From the NCBI GenBank assembly GCA_963762055.1, contig CAVXJF010000017.1:528149-592148 (forward strand): a DNA stretch of 64,000 nucleotides, given 5' to 3'. The notes below the pieces were generated by a model that saw only the letters and a program-made list of their open reading frames with translations, was not told the origin of the DNA and did no database searches. A program made the translations under genes and the position numbers. Source of the DNA: Vicinamibacterales bacterium. Its GTDB lineage: Bacteria > Acidobacteriota > Vicinamibacteria > Vicinamibacterales > JAMQPK01. The number at the start of each line of letters is the position of its first letter. The first letter of the stretch is position 1. This document shows, piece after piece, positions 53,897 through 61,560 of the stretch.

Positions 53897-55049
53897 TCAC
53901 GCATCGCGTCTTGTCGATCGACCCTCATAGAGCTGCTGGTACACCTTTAATACCGGCATCGCGACCCGTTCCCATGTGTAAAGGACTGAGGCGTCCCGTT
54001 GCGCAGTCCTGCCAAGTCGGGCTCTCAAGTTGTGTTCACCCATGAGCCGCGTGACTGCCGACACGATCGCATTGGGCGAGCGGATGGGAACCAGACAGCC
54101 CGTTCACGCCGTCCGCGATGACGTCCTTCATCCCGCACGTGTTTGTCGTCACGATTGGCAGACCGCTCATCATCGCCTGGACAAGTGTAAGCGGCGTCCC
54201 CTCAAAGAGACTAGGAAGCAGAAAAACATCTGCGTCGGCAAACGCTTGTGCCATCGACCACTCATCGGTGGGCGAAAGGCAGGCAATTCGCCCCTGTAGC
54301 GAATCTGGAAAATGTGATCGCACCACCGACTCGGGCACGCCTGCACCAACCACAACGAGGCGCAGCGTCGCGTGGCTTCGCGCAAGTTCCAGAAAAGCCG
54401 GGACGAGATCTTCCACGCCCTTGTTCTTGCGCCACGTGGCCGCGAACAGCAGTCGCTCACAGCGCGTATAATCGCGTCCTTCGGCAGCGGCGGCGTACAC
54501 AGGATCGGCTCCGGGATAGATCCGTGTGACGCTGGCAGCGGGCCTCTCTCCGGTCTGAATCAGGTAATCGCGGTCATCGGAGTTCAAACAAAAAATATGG
54601 TCCGCGCGGCGGAGTCCGAGTTGGGCAGGCCATAAACCGATAACGGGATAGGTTAAGCGCGTCCTCAGCGTGGGGCCTTCCCGGCCAAGGCGTGACTCCT
54701 CCTTGGCGAGCTCCCAGGCTCGGCGCTCGAGTCCATGGCTGGTGATAACGATGACCGGCGATCCAGCCGCGTGGTTGCTCGTCGCCACGAACGCGGCGCT
54801 CGGTTCATGGACATTGATGATGTCGTAGGGCCGACCCGACCGGGCGGCGAGTACTGCACGATGCCGAACTTTCAAAGGAAATATGAGACGCTGTGAGAGC
54901 GCGTGATGCCACCCTGCCGACACGTCATCCGCGCTGAGGAAATCGACTGCGTGGCCTGCCTCGGCGATCTGATCGTGGATAAAACCCATGAGGCGGCTCA
55001 TGCCGCCGGTACGAGCACGAGGAACCTGATGCGCCACGAGGATCCGCAT
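53897..55049 (-). pseudogene. glycosyltransferase family 4, frameshifted near the 3-prime end as assembled
   Basis: MRILVAHQVPRARTGGMSR...; LPSLFEGTPLTLVQAMMSGLPIVTTNTCGMKDVIADGVNGL. The typical tail LVPIRSPNAIVSAVTRLMGEHNLRARLGRTAQRDASVLYTWERVAMPVLKVYQQLY is in the +1 frame (junction at about 54088), with the stop at 53897. Confidence 0.75.
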
Positions 55050-55152
55050 GTCAGGCTAATCGTTACCCGAAAACGCACGTGTTGGGCAAGGCGATCAGCA
55101 CAATCCGCATATCGGTGCAGTTCGTGTTGACCGCAAAGGACGGCGGTAGAGA

Positions 55153-55963
55153 GTGAACCGCCTCGTGTGGACCGCGTCGGTGTGGCTGTCCCGGTGCAGA
55201 AACACCTTCACGTACGCAATCGCACTTCCGTTCACGTACCGCAACTGGTGGGCCGTGCCGCTGCCCAAGTTCGGGAAGAGTGTCGTGCTCGAGCTGCGCA
55301 ACGGCACGAAGTATCTGGTGCGAGCGCGGCACCACCGATCTGGCGGCGGTGAACGAAGCGGCGATTCTGAACCCGTATCTGCGCTCTCCGTACATCGTGC
55401 TGCCCGAAGACGCCACGGTCATCGACATCGGGGCGAACATTGGTGCCTTCACCATGCAGGTCGCACGAAAGTGCCCGAGGGGCAGAATCCTCGCCGTCGA
55501 GCCAGTCGGCGCGCACGTCCAGATGATCGAAGCGCAGATCGCGCTGAATCATCTGTCGCATGTGCAGACCGTGCGCGCGGCGGTTGGGGCGACCTGCCAG
55601 ATGACAACGGTGACGGCGGCAGGCACGACTTCGAGAGTGAACGAGCGCGGGGATTCTGCGGAAGTCGTCGAGATGATCACGCTCGAACGCCTGATGGAGG
55701 ACTATTCGATCGACACTCTCGATCTCCTGAAGCTCGATTGCGAAGGCTCAGAGTGGGACATCCTGCCCGCCGCCGAGCGCGTGCTGCCGCGGATCAAGCA
55801 AATCTGCATGGAGTTCCATTGCGAACGAGGCTGGACTGCCGCGAAGCTGGCGTTCTGGCTTCGAGCGCAAGGCTTCATCGTGTCCCATACGGCGGGCCCC
55901 TGGAACGGGCTGCTTTGGGCGACGCGATCGGCTGGCCCGCGCTCACCCATTGGTTTTGGATAG
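55153..55963 (+). pseudogene. FkbM-family methyltransferase, frameshifted as assembled
   Basis: N-part ORF 55153 (...LELRNGTKYLVRA) joins ORF 55280 (GTTDLAAVNEA...VIDIGANIGAFTM...LLKLDCEGSEWDIL...CMEFH) at about 55328. Confidence 0.7.
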
Positions 55964-55973
55964 CTTCGCAACG

Positions 55974-57216
55974 TCAGTTCTCACCAGCTCCTCGGCCGTG
56001 ATCGTTAGGTGTGCCCGCAGCGTCATGCAGCACCCGCATCAGCGCGTCGACGTGACGGTCGAGGCTGAACTCGGCTGCGACAGAACCCGCGCCGTCGCGC
56101 AGGCGAGCGTGCGTTTCTGGATCCTCGAGACACGCGATGATGGCGTCGGCAAGCCCGCCAGGTGTCGGCGGGTCGCCTGGGGCAAGGTAGCCGTTGACCC
56201 CTGGACGAAGCCAGTCTGGTATGCCGCCGACGGCGAACGCCGCCGACAGGAAGCCGATGCCGCGCGGCTTCGAGGCCGACGAGCCCGAACGGCTCCGGCC
56301 AGAGGCTGGGCAGCGACGAGCAGGTCGGCGGCCGCGAAGAGCGCATCGACCCCGGACGTTGTCGAGCCAGCCCGTGAAGACGATGCGAAGCGCTCGGCTC
56401 GCGTGACGCCATCGTCGCGGCGGCCGCCTGCCACGAGGCGTTCGCGCGGGTCCGTCTCCGGCAAACGTGACGTTGAGCGTCGATTGAGACGCCCTCACGA
56501 CACGCGGCAGCGCGTCGAGCAGATAGCTCCCTCCCTTGAGATGATCCATTCGTCCGACGAACAAGAGGCGATATTCGTCGTGTGGTCTCCGATCAGGGAC
56601 GTCGGTGCCGGAGGACACGCCGGGATTCCACCTGCGCCCCTGACCACGTTGCTCCGAGACCATGACGCGCGTACTCTCGCTGCATGTGACTCGACAGCGT
56701 CACGATCGCCTTGTACCGAGATAGCAGCTCGAAACGCGCTGACTGCCGGCGGAACTCTCGCACCATCGTGATCGGACTCCACCCACCGCAGCGCCGCGGA
56801 TAGTAGTGGGCCAGACACGGCCAGCCGAACGTGCGTGTGCATGGCATGTTCGTCGGACTCTTGAACATCTTCGCGCCGCTGATGCACGTGCCGTAGTAGG
56901 CGTGCGCGAGAAAAACTGCCGGCGCGATCTGCAGCGTTCTAGCCTCGACCTCCGGATCGAGCAACCCGTGCGAGAAAATTACCTGTGGACGCCAGTCACT
57001 CAGGCCGGCGAGCGCGGGCTCCAGCCCGATCTGGCCGACGGACCACGAAGGGCTCCCCGGAGGCAGTGCGAACGGATCGCCGTCGGGGGGCTCTCCGAGC
57101 TCGTGCCAGAAGGCGATTTCGTGGCCGCGTCCAGCCAACGCCGGGATGACGGCGCGCAGATAGCTGCCAGATCCCCCAGCGGGCCGGCTCGCCCAGTTCA
57201 GAATGGCGATGCGCAC
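55974..57216 (-). pseudogene. glycosyltransferase (GT-B/GT4-like), at least 6 frame changes as assembled
   Basis: N-part is ORF 56593..57216 (MRIAILNWASRPAGGSGSY). The C-domain is scattered over three frames: LLFVGRMDHLKGG / RIVFTGWLDNV / VDALFAAADLLV / LPSLWPEPFGLVGLEAARH / AAFAVGGIPDWL. Confidence 0.6.
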
Positions 57217-57275
57217 GGCCTCGGATGGTAGCCCACCCTGTGATACCCTGCCACAGGGTGCAATCGCCGTCGGTC

Positions 57276-57584
57276 ATGCTTACCGAAAGTCCTGATAATC
57301 CTGTTCCGCTTGTTCGAACGACGAGCTGCGTGACGCGCGCGATCGCCGGCGAAACGCTGATTATCCCCATCGCCCGCGCCACGGCCGATCTGGAATCGAT
57401 TTTTACGCTCAACGCCGTCGGCTCGCGCATCTGGGAGTTGCTGGAAGGCCCGGCCGCGCCATCTCAGCTCGCGACGACGATTGCGCAGGAATTCGACGTG
57501 TCGCCCGCCGATGCCGCACGAGACGTGGCCGAATTCCTCGATTCATTGCGCGCGGCCGGCCTGATCGCGCCCGTGGAAGGTTGA
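57276..57584 (+). CDS. PqqD-family protein (RiPP recognition element-like peptide chaperone)
   Basis: IAGETLIIP...IFTLNAVGSRIWELLEGPAAPSQLATTIAQEFDVSPADAARDVAEFLDSLRAAGLI matches the PqqD fold pattern. ORF 57225 is trimmed to the internal ATG. Confidence 0.8.
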   Translation: MLTESPDNPVPLVRTTSCVTRAIAGETLIIPIARATADLESIFTLNAVGSRIWELLEGPAAPSQLATTIAQEFDVSPADAARDVAEFLDSLRAAGLIAPVEG

Positions 57585-57590
57585 GCTTCC

Positions 57591-58868
57591 GTGGAAACCA
57601 TCGACTACGGGAAATTCTCGCAGGCGATGCATCGGAAGATGATCGCCGCGGGTCTCCCGCTCAGCGGCACCATCGAAGTGACGCGCCGCTGTCCGCTCAC
57701 CTGCGCACACTGCTACAACAACCTTCCGATGGGCGACCGCGGGGCGGCGCAGCGTGAGCTCTCCTTCGACGAGCATTGCCGGCTGTTAGACGAACTCGCT
57801 GAGGCCGGCTGTCTGTGGCTGCTGTATACGGGCGGTGAGATCTTCGCGCGGCGCGACTTCATCGACATCTATTCGTACGCGCGCCGCCGGGGATTGCTGA
57901 TCACGCTCTTCACCAACGGCACGCTCATCACGCCGGCACTCGCCGACCGGCTCGTCGAGGAACGGCCATTCGCGATCGAGATCACGCTCTACGGCAGGAC
58001 GCGTGAGACCTACGAGCGGCTCACCGGCATCCCGGGCTCCTACGATCGATGCATGCGCGGCATTCGGCTGCTGCACGAGCGCGGTCTTCCGCTCAGCCTC
58101 AAGACCGTGGCCGTCACCATCAACAAGCACGAAGTCTTCGCGATGCAGCAGTTCGCCGAGGACGAGCTCGGAGTCGCATTCAAGTTCGACGCAATGATGA
58201 ACCCGCGCCTCGACTGCTCCCAAGCGCCGCTCGGCGTGCGACTGACGCCCGAAGAGTGCGTGTCGTTTGACGTGGCCGACCCGAAGCGCATGGACGAGTG
58301 GACGACGTTCGGGAAACGGGCGTCGACGGCCGCGGCGAAGGTCGGGCCAACGGAGGACCTCTACGGGTGCGGCGGTGGCATCAGCTCCTTCGCCATCAAC
58401 CCCTACGGAGAGTTGAGCATCTGCACGCTGTCTCAGAAGGATTTGTACGACCTGAGGTCCGGCAGTTTTGCGGACGGCTGGAGCTCGTTCCTGCGCAAGG
58501 TGCGGTCGAGAAAAGTCACGCGTCCGACCAAGTGCACCACCTGCCGGCTGAAGGAGATGTGCGGCATGTGCCCGGCGAACGGCGAGCTCGAGAGCGGTGA
58601 TGCCGAAGTACCGGTCGACTTCCTGTGCCGGACCGCTCACCTGCGCGCGTACACGTTCGGCTTCCCGGTCGCCCCCCACGGCGAGTGCGAGTACTGCGCG
58701 GGCGGAAGCGGGTATGACGAGCTGATGGCTGCCTCCGCGGCGCTGCACGCGCCGGGTCCACCTCCTGACGCCGGTGCGCCAAGACCGCGACAGCTGCCGA
58801 TGTTGTCGGCTGATCCGTCCGCGTCTTCATGTGGATCGGGAGGGTGCAGCAGTTGCGGCGTGCACTGA
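57591..58868 (+). CDS. radical SAM enzyme with a SPASM auxiliary-cluster domain and a Cys-rich C-terminal tail
   Basis: CPLTCAHCYN (CxxxCxxC) and the GGEIF SAM motif. SPASM: CGGGISSFAINPYGELSIC...CTTCRLKEMCGMCPA. Extra CEYCAGG and SSCGSGGCSSCGVH. Intact, 425 aa. Starts 6 nt after the pqqD stop. Confidence 0.9.
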   Translation: METIDYGKFSQAMHRKMIAAGLPLSGTIEVTRRCPLTCAHCYNNLPMGDRGAAQRELSFDEHCRLLDELAEAGCLWLLYTGGEIFARRDFIDIYSYARRRGLLITLFTNGTLITPALADRLVEERPFAIEITLYGRTRETYERLTGIPGSYDRCMRGIRLLHERGLPLSLKTVAVTINKHEVFAMQQFAEDELGVAFKFDAMMNPRLDCSQAPLGVRLTPEECVSFDVADPKRMDEWTTFGKRASTAAAKVGPTEDLYGCGGGISSFAINPYGELSICTLSQKDLYDLRSGSFADGWSSFLRKVRSRKVTRPTKCTTCRLKEMCGMCPANGELESGDAEVPVDFLCRTAHLRAYTFGFPVAPHGECEYCAGGSGYDELMAASAALHAPGPPPDAGAPRPRQLPMLSADPSASSCGSGGCSSCGVH

Positions 58869-58889
58869 GTTACCTGGGATGGGGGATGG

Positions 58890-59060
58890 ATGAAGCCTGA
58901 CGAAACAGGACCGCGCAAGCCATACGCCAAGCCGCAACTGACGCGCGTGACGCTGCGGCCGGAAGAGGCGGTGCTCGCGGCGTGCAAGACCGTAGGCGTC
59001 GGGGGTCCCGGCCAGCCCACATGCAACGTTCCGGCGGCCTGCTTCGACCCGGCGTCGTGA
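58890..59060 (+). CDS. candidate RiPP precursor peptide (56 aa; not in the supplied ORF track)
   Basis: Hand translation: MKPDETGPRKPYAKPQLTRVTLRPEEAVLAACKTVGVGGPGQPTCNVPAACFDPAS, followed by a stop. The ATG is 21 nt after the rSAM stop and is preceded by GGGGGA. The leader-like half contains YxxPxL. The core-like half has 3 Cys, is Gly/Pro-rich, and ends in Ser. Confidence 0.6.
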   Translation: MKPDETGPRKPYAKPQLTRVTLRPEEAVLAACKTVGVGGPGQPTCNVPAACFDPAS

Positions 59061-59270
59061 CGCGACAAGCGCCCGGACGTAGGCATGCAGGAGCGATGAC
59101 ATCGAGGAGACCGCCCCTCGAGCGACTCGCCTTGCCACCCTGTCCATCGGTGATGTGCGAGTGCAGCTCACCTCTTCGGACCGCGATGTCGCGCTGGATA
59201 TTCCGCCGGTCATGACTGCCCTTCGTCTGCGACAGCGATCATGCCGATGCCAGAGTAGACGCGCGCGTCG

Positions 59271-59993
59271 ATGTCATCGAACCGGACGGCATCGCCCCTG
59301 GCGTTCGACTCTGGCGGCGTGTGGACGTTGCGACGCTCCGCCGACGAGCTCGTGTTCGAGTTCCGCTCGCCGCGATTCGGCTCGGCTCCGTACAAGATCG
59401 CCCGCTTTCAATCCGATTTTTCAACCGGAGAGGTCGTCCTTCAGCGCCAGTATTTTCCGGCGGCACGTGGCTTCTATCCGTTGGAGTACCCGCTCGACGA
59501 GCTGATCTTCACGAATCTTCTGTCGCGGCGGAACGGCGTGGAACTGCATGGCTGCGGCGTGGTCGACCACGATGAAGGGCTGCTGTTCCTCGGCTTTTCA
59601 GGCGCTGGCAAGAGCACCCTGGCACGACTGTGGCGCCGCCACCCCGATGCGACCATCCTCAGCGACGACCGCATCATCCTGCGAGTTGGCGGCGGACGCG
59701 TGATGATGCACGGCACGCCGTGGCACGGAGATGAGGCGCTCGTCGCGAAGGGGCCGGTCCCGTTGAGCCGTCTCTTCTTCCTGCATCAGGGACCGGAATG
59801 CGCAATGCGCCCTTGCGCCGGCTCTGAGGCCGCGGCCGCAATGTTTGCCCGCTGTTTCGCCCCATTCCACTGCGCGGACGCGATTGCCGGCACGCTTGCG
59901 ACCCTCGAGCAAACCGTCGGGCTCGTGCCATGCGCGGATCTTTGGTTCACTCCCAATGACGCGGCCATCGATTTCATTCGTGCCTGCCGCTGA
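59271..59993 (+). CDS. HPr-kinase/phosphorylase-related P-loop kinase
   Basis: VELHGCGVVDHDEGLLFLGFSGAGKSTLARL...ILSDDRIIL...MHGTPWHG parallels the HprK C-domain (Walker A plus a following DD motif). The N-terminus is uncertain. Confidence 0.75.
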   Translation: MSSNRTASPLAFDSGGVWTLRRSADELVFEFRSPRFGSAPYKIARFQSDFSTGEVVLQRQYFPAARGFYPLEYPLDELIFTNLLSRRNGVELHGCGVVDHDEGLLFLGFSGAGKSTLARLWRRHPDATILSDDRIILRVGGGRVMMHGTPWHGDEALVAKGPVPLSRLFFLHQGPECAMRPCAGSEAAAAMFARCFAPFHCADAIAGTLATLEQTVGLVPCADLWFTPNDAAIDFIRACR

Positions 59994-61128
59994 TCGCCAG
60001 TTGCCGGCCAGCGATGCCGCGATGGAGGTCCTGCTCGCCGCGCTCGTCCGCGGCGACCAGCCACAGTGGCCGTTCACGGTGACAGCCGCGGAGCAGCAGT
60101 TTCTGGAGGCCGCACAGCGGCACGGCGTCGTACCGCTCGTCGCCTGGCAGCATCGTCGCTGCGGATCCCTGAACGATTGGCCGGCGGCGCTAAAGAGCGC
60201 CATCGTGGAGCGCGCGCGACAGCACGCGATCGTCGAGCAGCTCCAGCGTTCCGAGCTGGCGGCCGTCGTCGGCGAGCTGACGACGCGTGAGGTGCGCTCG
60301 ATCGTTCTCAAGGGCGCAGCGCTCGCCTATACGCACTACCCGCATCCGTGTCTACGGCCGCGTGAGGACTTCGACCTCCTCGTGCATGAGTCGCGGAAAA
60401 ATGACGCGGTCGATGTCTTGCGGGCGCGTGGGTACACGCCGCTCGACATGATCACCGGCGAGCTCGTTACTGCTCAGCAGACGTTCGGCCGGCATGCCGG
60501 ACGTGGTGTGCGTTACACCTGCGATCTTCACTGGCGTGTGTCGAATCGGGTGGCGTTTTCACGGCTTCTTCCGTGGGAGCGCCTGGCGGCGGACACTCGA
60601 CCGATTCCTGCGCTCGACGCCTGCGCCGAGGGACTTGCCCCGCCGCACGCGCTCCTGATGGCCTGCGTCCATCGTGTGGCGCACCACTTCGATCCGCCGA
60701 CCCTCATCTGGCTGTACGACATTCATCTGCTCGCCGGCTCGATGAGCGAAGAGGACGCCGCCCGATTCGTTGCGCTTGCGATGGACAGCGGCCTTGCCAC
60801 CATCTGCGCTCGCGGCATCTTGGGAGCGAAGCACCGTTTCTTGACATCGCTGCCGGCGGCGCTCGAAAAACTCGCCCCCGCAGGTCAGGAGCCGTTGGCG
60901 GCCTTTCTGCATCGTCGGCTCCGGCCCTTCGACGTGTTGATGTCGGACCTGCGTGCGTTGCCAGGATATCGCGCGCGCAGCCGGCTGCTGCGGGAACACC
61001 TGTTTCCATCACCCGTATACGTGCGCGCGCTGCAGCCGCGCCTGGGGTCGGGGCCGCTGCCATGGTTGTACGCGCGCCGGATCGTTCGGGGTGTCTCACG
61101 CTGGTTTCAGACGGCGAGAGAGTCATAG
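59956..61128 (+). CDS. uncharacterised nucleotidyltransferase family protein (NTP_transf_5-like)
   Basis: IVLKGAALAYTHYPHPCLRPREDFDLLV...DLHWRV... pattern of the family often paired with PqqD and HprK-like genes. Alternative start at ATG 60022. Confidence 0.65.
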   Translation: MTRPSISFVPAADRQLPASDAAMEVLLAALVRGDQPQWPFTVTAAEQQFLEAAQRHGVVPLVAWQHRRCGSLNDWPAALKSAIVERARQHAIVEQLQRSELAAVVGELTTREVRSIVLKGAALAYTHYPHPCLRPREDFDLLVHESRKNDAVDVLRARGYTPLDMITGELVTAQQTFGRHAGRGVRYTCDLHWRVSNRVAFSRLLPWERLAADTRPIPALDACAEGLAPPHALLMACVHRVAHHFDPPTLIWLYDIHLLAGSMSEEDAARFVALAMDSGLATICARGILGAKHRFLTSLPAALEKLAPAGQEPLAAFLHRRLRPFDVLMSDLRALPGYRARSRLLREHLFPSPVYVRALQPRLGSGPLPWLYARRIVRGVSRWFQTARES

Positions 61129-61150
61129 ACCAGGAAGAGAGACCAACGTC

Positions 61151-61560
61151 ATGCCGCTCACAGCCAGCTCGAATCACGGCGCGTCCCGCGCAGACTCAGA
61201 CCTCTTCGTGGGGTTGACGCGAGAGCTTCTTCAGCGCGGCTGCAACGTTCGATTTCGCGCGACCGGCACGAGCATGCACCCGACGATTCGGGACGGCGAG
61301 GTCGTGACCGTCGCCCCCTCGTCCGGAGATGCGTTCGCCGTGGGCGATGTTCTGCTGTGCCGCTTCGGCCGGCGTCCAACGGCTCACCGCGTGGTGGCGG
61401 TGCAGCCGTCCGATCGTGGGCGGCCGGTGCTCCATCTGCAGGGGGACAATCTTTGCTCGCCTGATGGCCCGGTTCGAGCCGAGGACGTCATCGGCCGGGT
61501 GCTGAGCGTGAGTCGAGACGGGAGTGATCAGCCGCTGGATGGTCCGGACCGGCTAGTTCG
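61151..61560 (+). CDS. S24/S26-type serine peptidase with a SipW-like Ser/His box pattern; 3-prime end undefined
   Basis: ATGTSMHPTIRDGEVV (Ser box), TAHRVVAV (His box) and LQGDNLCSPD (GDN box). There is no in-frame stop before the next gene's signal peptide, so the end coordinate is a guess. Confidence 0.55.

Noticed and set aside
59096-59215. Second small Cys-containing ORF (MTSRRPPLERLALPPCPSVMCECSSPLRTAMSRWIFRRS) after the candidate precursor
   Set aside because: It has no RBS-like sequence. It overlaps frames that look like the kinase N-terminal domain, and its composition looks like an off-frame reading. It is kept only as a remote alternative.
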